Source of the DNA: Clostridia bacterium
Lineage (GTDB): Bacteria; Bacillota; Clostridia; Oscillospirales; RGIG8002
NCBI GenBank assembly: GCA_017438525.1
Contig: JAFRVI010000023.1
Coordinates: 2,761-66,760 of the forward strand
Length of the DNA: 64,000 nucleotides
Direction of reading: 5' to 3'
Position numbers and translations under genes: made by a program
In this document: positions 41,479 to 51,424 of the stretch, in pieces
Position numbering within the stretch: position 1 is the first letter of the stretch
How the letters are laid out: each line of letters begins with the position of its first letter
Notes under the pieces: generated by a model
Told to the model about the DNA's origin: nothing
The model's database searches: none
The model's input: only the letters and a program-made list of their open reading frames with translations

Positions 41479-43695
41479 ATGTTTGAAAAAATGAGAGTGT
41501 TCGAGACCGAGATCGCCGGCCGCAAGCTCAAGGTCGAAACCGGCCGTCTCGCGCAGCTCGCCAACGCGTCCGCGCTGGTAACTTACGGCGACACCGTCGT
41601 CCTTTCCACCGCGACCGCGTCAAAGACGCCCCGCGAAGGCATCGATTATTTCCCGCTTTCCGTCGACTACGAAGAGAAGCTTTACTCCGTGGGCAAGATC
41701 CCCGGCAGCTTCCTGCGCAGAGAGGGAAGACCCAGCGAGAAGGCGATCCTCGCCTCCCGCGTCATCGATCGCCCCGTCCGTCCGCTGTTCCCGAAGGATA
41801 TGCGCAACGACGTCAGCGTGGTCAACACCGTTATGTGCGTGGACCCCGACTGCCAGCCCGAGCAGGTAGCCATGGTCGGTTCCTCAATCGCCATCACCAT
41901 CTCCGATATTCCGTGGAACGGACCTATCGGAGCCGTTATCGTCGGCTATGTTGACGGCGAATACGTCATCAACCCCACCGCCGAACAGCGCAAGGTCAGC
42001 CAGATGGCCGTTACCGTCGCCGCCACCGACAAGAAGGTCGTTATGATCGAAGCCGGCGCGAAGATGGTTCCAGACGAGGTCATGATCGAGGGCATCAACC
42101 GCGGATTTGAAGAATGCAGAAAGATCGTCGCCTTCATCAACGAGATCAAGGCCGCGGTCGGCAAAGAGAAGTTCGCGTTCGAGAGCAAGGACGTCGACCC
42201 CGAGATGTTCGAGGCGGTCAAGGCGTTCGCCATCGACAGCGTACGCGCCGCCATGGACACCGACGACAAGAACGTCCGCGACGCGAATCTCCAGATCGTT
42301 TACGACGCCGTCTACGCCGAGTTCGAGGAAAAGTACCCCGACTCTAAGGCGCAGCTTGACGAGTGCATGTATAAGCTTCAGAAGTACGTCGTCCGCCGCT
42401 GGCTGCTTGACGACGGTAAGCGCGTTGACGGCAGAGGCATCGATCAGATGCGTCCGCTGAACGCGCAGGTCGGCATCCTGCCGAGAACCCACGGCTCCGG
42501 ACTCTTCACCAGAGGTCAGACCCAGGTCCTCACCGTCTGCACACTCGGCACCATCAGCGACGCTCAGCTGCTCGACGGCATCGACGAAGAGACCGAGCGC
42601 AGATATATGCACCACTATAACTTCCCGTCCTACTCGGTAGGCGAGACGAAGCCCTCCAGAGGCCCCGGACGCCGCGAGATCGGCCACGGCGCGCTTGCGC
42701 AGAGAGCTCTCGAGCCCGTTATTCCGAGCGAGGAAGAGTTCCCCTACGTTATCCGCCTCGTTTCCGAGGTTCTTTCCTCCAACGGCTCCACCTCGCAGGC
42801 CTCCATCTGCGGCTCCACTCTGGCGCTGATGGACGCGGGCGTTCCGATCAAGGAGCCCGTCGCCGGTATCTCCTGCGGCCTCATCACCGAGGGCGACCGC
42901 TGGATGACGATGGTTGATATCCAGGGCGTTGAGGATTTCTTCGGCGATATGGACTTCAAAGTCGCCGGCACTCACGACGGTATCACCGCGATCCAGATGG
43001 ACCTCAAGATCGACGGACTTACTCCCGAGATCATCCGTTCCGCAATCGAGAAGACCCACAAGGCGAGAAACTACATCCTTGACGAAGTCATGCTGCCGGT
43101 CATCCCCGCGCCGCGCGCCGAGCTTTCGAAGTACGCGCCCAAGATGATCACCATGCAGATCGACGTCGACAAGATCCGCGAAGTCATCGGCTCCGGCGGC
43201 AAGGTCATCCAGAAGATCGTCGCCGACACCGGCGCTAAGATCGATATCGAGGACGACGGCCGTATCTTCATCACCGCCGTCGACTCCATGGCCGCCGAGG
43301 CCGCCAAGGGCATCATCGAGGGCATCGTCAACGATCCCGAGATCGGCGGACTTTACAGCGGCAAGGTCACGCGCCTTATGGACTTCGGCGCCTTCGTCGA
43401 GATCGCTCCCGGCAAGGAGGGCATGGTCCACATTTCGCAGTATGACCGCGACCGCGTCGAGAAGATGGAAGACGTCGCCACCGTCGGCGACGAGATCATG
43501 GTCAAGGTCGTCGAGATCGACAGCCAGGGCCGCATAAACCTCTCCCGCAAGGCCGTGCTCGACGAGATGGACGGCATCGAGAAGCCCATCGAGGCCTACG
43601 TCAGCAGACCGAAGACCTCCGGCGGAGACCGCGGACACGGCGACCGCGGCCGCGGAGGACGCGATCGCGGCGGCGACCGCAACAGAAGAAGATAA
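41479..43695 (+). CDS. pnp: Polyribonucleotide nucleotidyltransferase (PNPase)
   Basis: Two RNase PH domains, KH and S1 domains (GKVTRLMDFGAFVEI), and a C-terminal RGD-rich tail. Confidence 0.95.
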   Translation: MFEKMRVFETEIAGRKLKVETGRLAQLANASALVTYGDTVVLSTATASKTPREGIDYFPLSVDYEEKLYSVGKIPGSFLRREGRPSEKAILASRVIDRPVRPLFPKDMRNDVSVVNTVMCVDPDCQPEQVAMVGSSIAITISDIPWNGPIGAVIVGYVDGEYVINPTAEQRKVSQMAVTVAATDKKVVMIEAGAKMVPDEVMIEGINRGFEECRKIVAFINEIKAAVGKEKFAFESKDVDPEMFEAVKAFAIDSVRAAMDTDDKNVRDANLQIVYDAVYAEFEEKYPDSKAQLDECMYKLQKYVVRRWLLDDGKRVDGRGIDQMRPLNAQVGILPRTHGSGLFTRGQTQVLTVCTLGTISDAQLLDGIDEETERRYMHHYNFPSYSVGETKPSRGPGRREIGHGALAQRALEPVIPSEEEFPYVIRLVSEVLSSNGSTSQASICGSTLALMDAGVPIKEPVAGISCGLITEGDRWMTMVDIQGVEDFFGDMDFKVAGTHDGITAIQMDLKIDGLTPEIIRSAIEKTHKARNYILDEVMLPVIPAPRAELSKYAPKMITMQIDVDKIREVIGSGGKVIQKIVADTGAKIDIEDDGRIFITAVDSMAAEAAKGIIEGIVNDPEIGGLYSGKVTRLMDFGAFVEIAPGKEGMVHISQYDRDRVEKMEDVATVGDEIMVKVVEIDSQGRINLSRKAVLDEMDGIEKPIEAYVSRPKTSGGDRGHGDRGRGGRDRGGDRNRRR

Positions 43696-43710
43696 GCTTC
43701 TTGAATAATC

Positions 43711-43740
43711 AAAACGCACGCCCTTTGGGCGTGCGTTTTT
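43711..43740. terminator. Bidirectional terminator between pnp and tspO
   Basis: AAAACGCACGCCC-TTT-GGGCGTGCGTTTT. Confidence 0.8.
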
Positions 43741-43751
43741 GTATGCGCTTT

Positions 43752-44225
43752 TCAGTTGAGCACCGCCACTCCGACGTTCAGATACGCGGCGAACGCGAGC
43801 CACGCTATATACGGGACTATCAGCCAAAACGCCGCCTTGCTTACGCGTCTGAAGAATACTGCCGTCGCTATGACGGCCGCGAGCAGCGCGATCAGCCACG
43901 CGAATGCGAACCAATATTCCTTCGCGCTGAAAAACACGAGCGGCCAGAAGAAGTTAAGAACGAGCTGCAGGCCGTAGTATATCAGCCCGTTCTGCCGGTC
44001 GTCGTCGCGGTAACTCTTCCATACCAGCGCGGAGGCGATCCCCATCATAACGTAGAGTATCGACCACGCGACAGGGAAGACTGTCGCGGGCGGCGAAAGC
44101 GGCGGCTGCGGGATATCGCCGTACGCCTTCATATCGTTCATAGTCAGCAGGGCGGACAGCCCACCGAGCGCGAGCGGTTTCGTGATGCAGATTATGAACG
44201 GCAGCGCTTTTTTGAATTTAGACAT
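43752..44225 (-). CDS. tspO: TspO/MBR tryptophan-rich sensory protein
   Basis: Five TM helices. Contains PPATVFPVAWSILYVMMGIA and FFWPLVFF. Confidence 0.85.
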   Translation of the reverse strand: MSKFKKALPFIICITKPLALGGLSALLTMNDMKAYGDIPQPPLSPPATVFPVAWSILYVMMGIASALVWKSYRDDDRQNGLIYYGLQLVLNFFWPLVFFSAKEYWFAFAWLIALLAAVIATAVFFRRVSKAAFWLIVPYIAWLAFAAYLNVGVAVLN

Positions 44226-44298
44226 AAAAAATCACTCCCCGTATAGTCTATACGGGGAGCGGCTTTTATATTCCTGTTATCGACTTGCCGTCAGAGGA

Positions 44299-45270
44299 TT
44301 ACGCCTCAAGGGAGGACTGGTCAGCGAGCTTAGCGGCAACGCGGAGGATCGCGAGGGCATCGTCAACTTCGATTAGGCCGTTGTTGTTGATGTCGCCGAT
44401 GAGGAGATTTCTCTCGGTGGCCTCAGCGAGCTTAGCGGCGATGCGGAGTGCCGAGAGGGCATCGTCAACTTCGATCTTGCCGTTTTCAACCATATCGCCC
44501 TTCATATAATCGAGAGCCGCAGCTTTGACGGTGATCGGCAGGGTGGCGAAAATCTCGCCGTTGGTAATCGTAATGTTCGCGGTGCCTTCTCTGATAGCGG
44601 TTATCTTACCATCCTCGTCAACGGTTGCGACCTCTTCGTTATCGGAGGTCCAGGTGGGATTGAAGGCATCGGTGTAGCCGTCGGGATTGACGGTGTATTC
44701 GGGGGTGTACTCTTCGCCGATCTCGAGCTCTTTGGATTCGTCGGTGAACGTGATGGATTCGATGTGGACGACGTTGATGGTCACGCCGCCGTTGGTGACT
44801 TCGCTCTCAAGGGGCTCATCCAGCTCGGTGCGGAGTCTGTCGACGGTGATGGCGACCTCGGTGTTGGCGGTCTCGCTGACGTCCGCGGCCTTGAAGATCA
44901 GGTCGAGGGGGGCGACGGTGAAGGTCGCGCCGACTGTGATGGCGCCGCCGATAATCAGCTTGCCGGTATCCTTGTCGTTGTCGTTGACGAGGAAAACGCC
45001 GCCTTCTTCGGTGAGAATGGCGCCGAACTCTTCAGAGGTCTCGCAGCCGATATACTGCAGTTTCTCAGCGTCGAAGGTGACGGTAAGGGCGAAAGCGCCG
45101 ATCTTGGCGCCGTCGAGATTGATGTGGACAACGGCTTCTCCGCCGGGAGTGGTCTCGGCGCCGCCGCCTATGACCTGAACGGCGCTTTCGGCAAACGCGG
45201 CGAACGGAACTGCGACAGCCATAAGCATAACGCAGGCGATGATAGCGGAAAGGAATCTCTTGAATTTCAT
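44299..45270 (-). CDS. Secreted cohesin - Big_2 - dockerin protein
   Basis: Signal peptide, a cohesin-like beta-domain, a Big_2 segment (TWTSDNEEVATVDEDGKITAIREGTANITIT), and two dockerin EF-hand-like repeats (GDMVENGKIEVDDALSALR; GDINNNGLIEVDDALAILR). Confidence 0.7.
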   Translation of the reverse strand: MKFKRFLSAIIACVMLMAVAVPFAAFAESAVQVIGGGAETTPGGEAVVHINLDGAKIGAFALTVTFDAEKLQYIGCETSEEFGAILTEEGGVFLVNDNDKDTGKLIIGGAITVGATFTVAPLDLIFKAADVSETANTEVAITVDRLRTELDEPLESEVTNGGVTINVVHIESITFTDESKELEIGEEYTPEYTVNPDGYTDAFNPTWTSDNEEVATVDEDGKITAIREGTANITITNGEIFATLPITVKAAALDYMKGDMVENGKIEVDDALSALRIAAKLAEATERNLLIGDINNNGLIEVDDALAILRVAAKLADQSSLEA

Positions 45271-45370
45271 ATTAGTATCTCCTTTGCTTATAATACTGAC
45301 TATATTCTATCAAATATAAACGCGGTTGTCAAGAAGAAAAAACAATAAATCGCTCTTTTTTATAATATGG

Positions 45371-45407
45371 TTATAAAAAGGGAAAAGCCGTCTCGAAACG
45401 AGGCGGC
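45371..45407 (-). terminator. Terminator of the DUF11 gene (minus strand)
   Basis: GCCGCCTCG-TTT-CGAGACGGC followed by a T-rich run on the minus strand. Confidence 0.7.
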
Positions 45408-45450
45408 TTGCAAAGGTTATTTAATATCAGGACAGCTTTCTTGCTCTGCG

Positions 45451-46302
45451 TTACACGGTTCCGGCAACGGTGAGGATCGCGGCCCCGGGAGTTACAGTCC
45501 AAGCGCCGGTGGCTGCCGTCTGCGCGTAGGTCGCGGCGGGGACGGTGATAACGCCGGGGACGGTGCGGAACGTCCCGCCGGAGTAGGTGTAACCCGTGCC
45601 TGCGGAAAGCGGGACGCCGTCAAGCGTAACTGTGAGAGCGGAAAGCTCCGGAGTGAAAGCGTCGGTCACGGTGACATTATCCGTAGCGTCTGCGGCGGTG
45701 TTTCCGGTGTTGTTGATAGTGAAGGTGTAGGTCAGCGTTCCGTCGGAGGTGACGGAAGTGGGATTGACGGCTTTGCCGATCGAAAGCATAGGTTCGTTTT
45801 CCACAGTGATTGTCGCGCTTGCGGTCGCCGGGGCTGTAAGTCCGTCGCCGGTGACGGTAACGGTGTTGGTTATTGAGCCGCCGACGTCGAGCGGTGCGAA
45901 CTCGTTAACGGTCGCTTGATAAACGATGGCGGCATTTTCACCCGCGGGTACGTTGATTCCGGTGAATATGAGGGGAGGTCCCGCAGTCGCGGTGGGTTCC
46001 GTCTGCAGAACGCCGCCAACGAAATACTGCGCGGTACCTTCAGCATAAGTCAAAGGCGTCGCATTTCCGGTTTCAAGAGTATAAGTGCCAAGGTCATCGG
46101 TAACGGTAAGGCCGTTAAGCGCGGTCTGTCCGGTATTGACGAGGTTTATCACGAAGGTCTTTTCGGCACCGGCGGTGTATCCGTCCGTCAACGCGGTCTT
46201 CGCGACCGTGAGGTTGTCGGCGATCTCGCCCGTGACGGTATTCGACGTTGTCGTAACGCCGTTATAGGACAATGTTGCCGTATTATAAAAGGTAGTTGCC
46301 AT
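45451..46302 (-). CDS. DUF11 (conserved repeat domain) protein without an obvious signal peptide
   Basis: Two repeats of the type L.V.KTA......G....F.I.L.NTG...L..L.VTD. Confidence 0.7.
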   Translation of the reverse strand: MATTFYNTATLSYNGVTTTSNTVTGEIADNLTVAKTALTDGYTAGAEKTFVINLVNTGQTALNGLTVTDDLGTYTLETGNATPLTYAEGTAQYFVGGVLQTEPTATAGPPLIFTGINVPAGENAAIVYQATVNEFAPLDVGGSITNTVTVTGDGLTAPATASATITVENEPMLSIGKAVNPTSVTSDGTLTYTFTINNTGNTAADATDNVTVTDAFTPELSALTVTLDGVPLSAGTGYTYSGGTFRTVPGVITVPAATYAQTAATGAWTVTPGAAILTVAGTV

Positions 46303-46431
46303 TTGTTATCCTCCCGAATAGTTCTGAAAGGATACATTCCTTTCACGGCATTATATGCAGTTGAATCCTGATTGGCGCCGATGGAAGAAAACAAACAGGC
46401 GCGAAGGAGGCAAGAAAAAAAACCTCTGCTA

Positions 46432-46460
46432 TTGACTTTTAGAGCAAAAGATGATATACT
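46432..46460 (+). promoter_or_regulatory. Promoter of the DAK2-DegV-plsX operon (TTGACT-17-TATACT)
   Basis: Read directly. Confidence 0.55.
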
Positions 46461-46490
46461 TCACAAGTTAATATGATATACTTCACAAGT
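46451..46490. repeat. 18-bp exact direct repeat ATGATATACTTCACAAGT (46451-46468 and 46473-46490)
   Basis: Read directly. The first copy contains the -10 element. The period is 22 bp. Confidence 0.9.
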
Positions 46491-46609
46491 AGACGTTATA
46501 ATACGCCGATTGCGCACGTCGGCGAAATATCGCCGCTTGAGGCGAATTCGGATTCCGACTGCGTCTACTATAACAACGGCGCTGCTTGCCGTAAAGGAAG
46601 GTAATCTCG

Positions 46610-48268
46610 ATGAATACCGTATGTATGACCGGCCTGCTTTTTGCCGAAATGGTAAAAAGCGGAGCCGCGAATCTGTACGCTAACAGAACAATCGTAAACG
46701 ATCTTAATGTTTTCCCGATCCCTGACGGTGACACGGGGGACAATATGTATATGACTGTGGATTCCGGGGCTTCAGCCGTCGGCGGTGAAGGGAAGCTTTG
46801 CGAAGCAGCTTCGAAGGCGGCGCGCGGTATGCTCATGGGCGCGCGCGGAAACTCGGGAGTCATCCTTTCCAGAATATTCGCGGGTTTGGCAAAGGGCTTC
46901 GACGGTAAGGAAGAAGCAGGCGTCACTGAAGTCGGCGCGGCGTTCTACGCCGCTGTAAAAGAGGCCTACGGCGCGGTGGCCGTGCCCGTTGAAGGCACCA
47001 TACTCACCGTGATCAAGGATGCCGCCAATTATGCCGGAGAGCGTATTTCAGCGTACAAAACGCTGGAAGAATACTTTGACGATTTCACGGCGGAACTGCG
47101 CCGTTCGCTTGACAGAACGCCGGACCTGCTCGATGTGCTGAAAGAAGCAGGCGTTGTCGACAGCGGCGGAGCCGGCCTCGTTTACATAGTCGAGGGTATG
47201 CGCGATGTTCTCTACGGCGAAGGAGGCAGCGTTTCCGGAACGGGTTCAGCGCCGTCGGCATCTGCGGCGAAAAATATTGACATCGCCACATTCACCAGCG
47301 ATATGCAGCTCGAATTCGGCTATTGCACGGAGTTCCTGCTCCGCCTGCAGCAGTCCAAGTGCGACGTTGACGCCTTCGACGTCGACGCCTTCACCGCGAA
47401 GCTCAACGAGCTCGGCAACTCTGTCGTCTGCTTCCGCGACGACACCGTTGTCAAGGTGCATGTGCACACGATGACTCCCGGCGAGATCCTCGATTTCGGC
47501 CAGCAGTACGGCGAATTCCTGACGCTGAAAATCGAAAACATGATGCTCCAGCATCATGAGGCAACGATCCGGAACCGCTTTACCGTATCCGCGCCGAAAC
47601 CGAAGAAGGCGTACGGCATCGTCGCCGTTGCTTCCGGAGATGGTATAAAGCAGGTTTTCACATCGCTCGGTACCGACGTTGTCGTTGACGGCGGACAGAG
47701 CATGAATCCGTCCGCAAAAGATTTTATCGAAGCGTTCGAGGAGATCAACGCATCCACGATCCTCGTATATCCAAATAACAGCAATGTTATTTTGACCGCG
47801 CGTCAGGCGGCGGAGCTTTACAAAGACGCCGACGTCCGCGTCATACCGAGCCGCACGATAGGCGAGGGCTACGCATCGCTTTCGATGCTCGATACGACTT
47901 CCGGCGACACCGACAGCATACTCGAAAACGTAGATAGTATAATCGACAGCGTCGTTACCGGAATGGTCTCCCGCGCGAGCCGCGACGCCGAAATGGACGG
48001 CGTTGCCGTCCGCAAGGATGACTACATCGGCTTCGCCGACGATAAGATCTACGTCGACAGTCCCGACAAGTGCGAGGCGCTCCTCGGGCTCGCCGAAAAG
48101 CTCGACAGCGCGAGCCGCGACGTTATGCTGCTCATATGCGGCCGCGACACGACCGAAGAAGAGGCGCAGAGCGTCTACGCGACGCTTACCGAGCGCTACA
48201 AGCGCACCGAAGTCATTATGATAGACGGCGGCCAGCCGATACACGACTTCGTGCTTATCCTGGAGTAG
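46610..48268 (+). CDS. DAK2 domain fusion protein (YloV-like)
   Basis: INDLNVFPIPDGDTGDNM...RGNSGVILS, followed by the C-terminal YloV-type domain. Confidence 0.85.
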   Translation: MNTVCMTGLLFAEMVKSGAANLYANRTIVNDLNVFPIPDGDTGDNMYMTVDSGASAVGGEGKLCEAASKAARGMLMGARGNSGVILSRIFAGLAKGFDGKEEAGVTEVGAAFYAAVKEAYGAVAVPVEGTILTVIKDAANYAGERISAYKTLEEYFDDFTAELRRSLDRTPDLLDVLKEAGVVDSGGAGLVYIVEGMRDVLYGEGGSVSGTGSAPSASAAKNIDIATFTSDMQLEFGYCTEFLLRLQQSKCDVDAFDVDAFTAKLNELGNSVVCFRDDTVVKVHVHTMTPGEILDFGQQYGEFLTLKIENMMLQHHEATIRNRFTVSAPKPKKAYGIVAVASGDGIKQVFTSLGTDVVVDGGQSMNPSAKDFIEAFEEINASTILVYPNNSNVILTARQAAELYKDADVRVIPSRTIGEGYASLSMLDTTSGDTDSILENVDSIIDSVVTGMVSRASRDAEMDGVAVRKDDYIGFADDKIYVDSPDKCEALLGLAEKLDSASRDVMLLICGRDTTEEEAQSVYATLTERYKRTEVIMIDGGQPIHDFVLILE

Positions 48269-48291
48269 AAAGAAAAGGGAAGGTTGCGAAA

Positions 48292-49176
48292 ATGCTCAGA
48301 CTGTTTGTTGATACCGACTGCGACGTCGATCTCAAGACCGCTAAGGAATACGGGCTTGAGCTTATCAGCATGCCTTACACCGTCGACGGCAAGCTGATCT
48401 GCCCTTATGAAGATTACGAAGAATTTGATTCAAAAGAGTTTTACGATATGCTCCGTCAGCGCGCCGCGTCGGGCGGCGAGCTCCCGACCACGAGTTCGGT
48501 GAACGCCGAGCGCTATAAGCAGTATTTCGAGCCCTTCTTCGCGCAGGGTGACGAAATACTCTACATTCACTTTTCCGAGCTGATGAGCCAGACGTTCGTG
48601 AATATGCGAGCCGCCGTAGCGGAGCTGAAGGAAAAGTATCCCGACGCCGTCTTCCGCGAATACGACACGAAGGCCATCACGGCGCTGGGTTATACGCTCG
48701 CTGTTGAAGCGGCCGAGCTTTACAAGGCCGGCAAGAGCGCGGACGAGATAATCGCGCACCTCGATAGAGAGAGAGATCACTTTACCATATACTTCTTCGC
48801 CGATAACCTCAAGTTCTTCAAGCGCAGCGGCAGAGTCGGAGGGCTCGCCGCCACTATGGGAACGCTGCTCGGAGTACGCCCGCTGATACACATCAACGAG
48901 GAAGGGCAGATGCTCAGCATCGGCAAGGAGCGCGGCAGAGCGAACGCCATTGACGCGCTGTTCAGATACGCTGACGAGCTCGGCGACGACGTTGCCGGTC
49001 ACCGCATCATCATCGCTCACACCGGTGCGCCCGATATCGTCGAGCAGGTCGAGGAGATGCTCCGCGAGAAGTACGGACCCGACGTCGAGATCGTCAAGTT
49101 CCCCGTCAACCCGACCGCGGGCGCGCACTGCGGCCCCGACTCCGTCGGGCTCTGTTTCCACTCGAAGCGCCGCTGA
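48292..49176 (+). CDS. DegV-family fatty-acid-binding protein
   Basis: Internal ATG after GGGAAGG. N-terminus LFVDTDCDVDLKTAKEYGLELISMPY and the DegV fold signature. Confidence 0.85.
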   Translation: MLRLFVDTDCDVDLKTAKEYGLELISMPYTVDGKLICPYEDYEEFDSKEFYDMLRQRAASGGELPTTSSVNAERYKQYFEPFFAQGDEILYIHFSELMSQTFVNMRAAVAELKEKYPDAVFREYDTKAITALGYTLAVEAAELYKAGKSADEIIAHLDRERDHFTIYFFADNLKFFKRSGRVGGLAATMGTLLGVRPLIHINEEGQMLSIGKERGRANAIDALFRYADELGDDVAGHRIIIAHTGAPDIVEQVEEMLREKYGPDVEIVKFPVNPTAGAHCGPDSVGLCFHSKRR

Positions 49177-49207
49177 ACCGCGTTTTTACCTCGAAGGAGG
49201 GTTCTTT

Positions 49208-50233
49208 ATGATAAAAATAATCGTTGACTGCTTCGGAGGGGACAAGGGCGTTTCCGCGACCGTCGGCGGCGCCAAAATGGCGATCGAAAGCTTCTACGAC
49301 CTCGAGGTCGTTCTTACCGGCGCCGAAGCGATCATCAAAGACGAAATGAAGCGCATCGGCCTGAAGGAACGCTGTACCGTCGTTCACGCGCCCGACGTCA
49401 TCGACTGCAACGACAAGCCGACGGACGTCGTCCGCCACAGGCCCGACAGTTCGATGATGAAGGCGATAGAGATGCTGCGCGCGGGCGAAGCGGACGGCAT
49501 GGTCAGCACCGGCTCCACCGGCGCGCTCGTAGCCGCCGCGACAATGCGTGTCGGACGCCTCAAGGGCGTCAGCCGCCCGACCTTCTGCCCGATAATGCCC
49601 ACTATGAACGGCAGGATCGTCGGCGTCTGCGACAGCGGAGCGAACGTCGAATGCACCGCGCCGCGTCTCTGCCAGTTTGCCGTTATGGGCAGCATCTATA
49701 TGAAGAGCGTCTTCGGCGTCAAGAATCCGCGCGTCGCGCTTCTCAACGTCGGCGTCGAAGAGGAGAAGGGTGACCTGCTCCGCAGGACGACCTACCAGAT
49801 GCTGAAATCCGCCGAAGGGCTGAACTTCGTCGGCAATATGGAGAGCCGCGACCTTATGTCCGGCAACTACGATCTCGTCGTCTGCGACGGCTTCTCCGGC
49901 AACGTGCTCGTCAAGAGCGCCGAAGGCACCGCGCTGCTGATGCTCAAAAAGATCAAGAAGGACATCTCCTCCCGTATGCGCAACAAGGTCGGCGCGCTGT
50001 TTATGAAGAAGATGTTCAAGGAACAGAAAGAGTTCATGGACTACCGCAACTACGGCGGAAGCGTCATCCTCGGCACGAAAAAGGTCATCATCAAGGGGCA
50101 CGGCAGCAGCAACGCCGTCTCCGTCGCCAAGTGTATCGAGCAGGCCTACCGTATGGAAGCGAACGACATCAACTCGCAGATAGAAGCCGCCGTCGCCGCC
50201 TTCGCGGAAGAGAAGGAGCGCGCCGCGGAATAA
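49208..50233 (+). CDS. plsX: Phosphate acyltransferase PlsX
   Basis: MIKIIVDCFGGDKG...GSTGALVAAA...GHGSSNA. Confidence 0.9.
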   Translation: MIKIIVDCFGGDKGVSATVGGAKMAIESFYDLEVVLTGAEAIIKDEMKRIGLKERCTVVHAPDVIDCNDKPTDVVRHRPDSSMMKAIEMLRAGEADGMVSTGSTGALVAAATMRVGRLKGVSRPTFCPIMPTMNGRIVGVCDSGANVECTAPRLCQFAVMGSIYMKSVFGVKNPRVALLNVGVEEEKGDLLRRTTYQMLKSAEGLNFVGNMESRDLMSGNYDLVVCDGFSGNVLVKSAEGTALLMLKKIKKDISSRMRNKVGALFMKKMFKEQKEFMDYRNYGGSVILGTKKVIIKGHGSSNAVSVAKCIEQAYRMEANDINSQIEAAVAAFAEEKERAAE

Positions 50234-50255
50234 CCGCGAAAAAAGCGTAATAAAA

Positions 50256-50287
50256 CAGACCGCAGTCGCTGACTGCGGCCTTTTATT
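50256..50287. terminator. Bidirectional terminator between plsX and mnmA
   Basis: CCGCAGTC-GCT-GACTGCGG flanked by A-rich and T-rich runs. Confidence 0.7.
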
Positions 50288-50297
50288 ATGAGTATAT

Positions 50298-51326
50298 TCA
50301 GATTATTATCCCGCCGCCCACAATGTCGTCGCCGTCGTAAAAGACAGCGGACTGTCCGGGCGCGGGCGCGCGCACCGGCGAGTCGAAAACCAGCGCCGCG
50401 CCGTCTCCGTCGGGGGAGAGGAGCGCGGGGGTTTCGCGCTGACCGTACCGCGTTTTCGCGGTCACGCGGACGGGGGAGTCGAGCGCGGCGAGCTTCTGCA
50501 GTTTCAGCTCGCGTACGCGGACGGTGTTGACGAACAGATCCTCGTTTTTGCCGAGCGTAACAGTATTGTCAACCGCGTTCTTCGCGACGACGTAGCGCGG
50601 TTCGCCGAAGGTCACGCCGAGTCCCTTGCGCTGTCCGACGGTGTAATAAATCACTCCGTCGTGCCTTCCGAGCGTGTTTCCGTCCGCGTCGACGAAGTCG
50701 CCGGGAACGGGAACGACGCCCTGCTTTTCGCGCAGGTAACCGGCGTAGTCGCCGTCCTTGATGAAGCAGATATCCTGGCTGTCGCGGCGCAAGGCGGCGT
50801 TCAGCCCCGCCTCGGCGGCGAGCGCGCGGATCTCCTCCTTCGTCATATCCGCGAGCGGGAAGACGACATGCGCGAGCTGCTCCTGCGTGAGCCCGTAGAG
50901 CACGTAGCTCTGATCCTTCTTCGCGTCGGAGGCGCGCCTGATGAAATACCTGCCTTTTTCGCGGCAGACGCGCGCGTAATGGCCGGTGGCGAGCGTGCCG
51001 TAACCGAGCTCCGCCGCCATCCGCGCCATCGCGCCGAACTTGACGAACATATTGCACTGCACGCAGGGGTTGGGCGTCCTGCCGCGGACGTATTCGGCGC
51101 AGAAGTTCCCTATGACCTTCTCCGCGAAGACGTCCTTTAGTTCGAAGACGTAATGCGGTATGCCGATGGCGGCCGCCGCGGCGGCGGCGTCCTCGATATC
51201 GCGCTTATTTCCGTTTTCGGGGAGCAGGTCGAGCGTGGCTCCGGCGACGTCGTGCCCCTGCCGTTTCAGCAGGAGCGCGGCCGCGGTGCTGTCAACGCCG
51301 CCGCTCATGGCGACAAGTATCTTCAT
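50298..51326 (-). CDS. mnmA: tRNA 2-thiouridine(34) synthase MnmA
   Basis: MKILVAMSGGVDSTAAA (PP-loop), CVQCN. The start was set at the internal ATG. Confidence 0.9.
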   Translation of the reverse strand: MKILVAMSGGVDSTAAALLLKRQGHDVAGATLDLLPENGNKRDIEDAAAAAAAIGIPHYVFELKDVFAEKVIGNFCAEYVRGRTPNPCVQCNMFVKFGAMARMAAELGYGTLATGHYARVCREKGRYFIRRASDAKKDQSYVLYGLTQEQLAHVVFPLADMTKEEIRALAAEAGLNAALRRDSQDICFIKDGDYAGYLREKQGVVPVPGDFVDADGNTLGRHDGVIYYTVGQRKGLGVTFGEPRYVVAKNAVDNTVTLGKNEDLFVNTVRVRELKLQKLAALDSPVRVTAKTRYGQRETPALLSPDGDGAALVFDSPVRAPAPGQSAVFYDGDDIVGGGIII

Positions 51327-51424
51327 ACCGCTATTGTAGCAAACGGCGGCGCGTATGTCAAACAATAATTCATAAAACCCCGTTTTCGCGGCAAAATACA
51401 GAAAAAGCGAAAAGGGATGATTCT

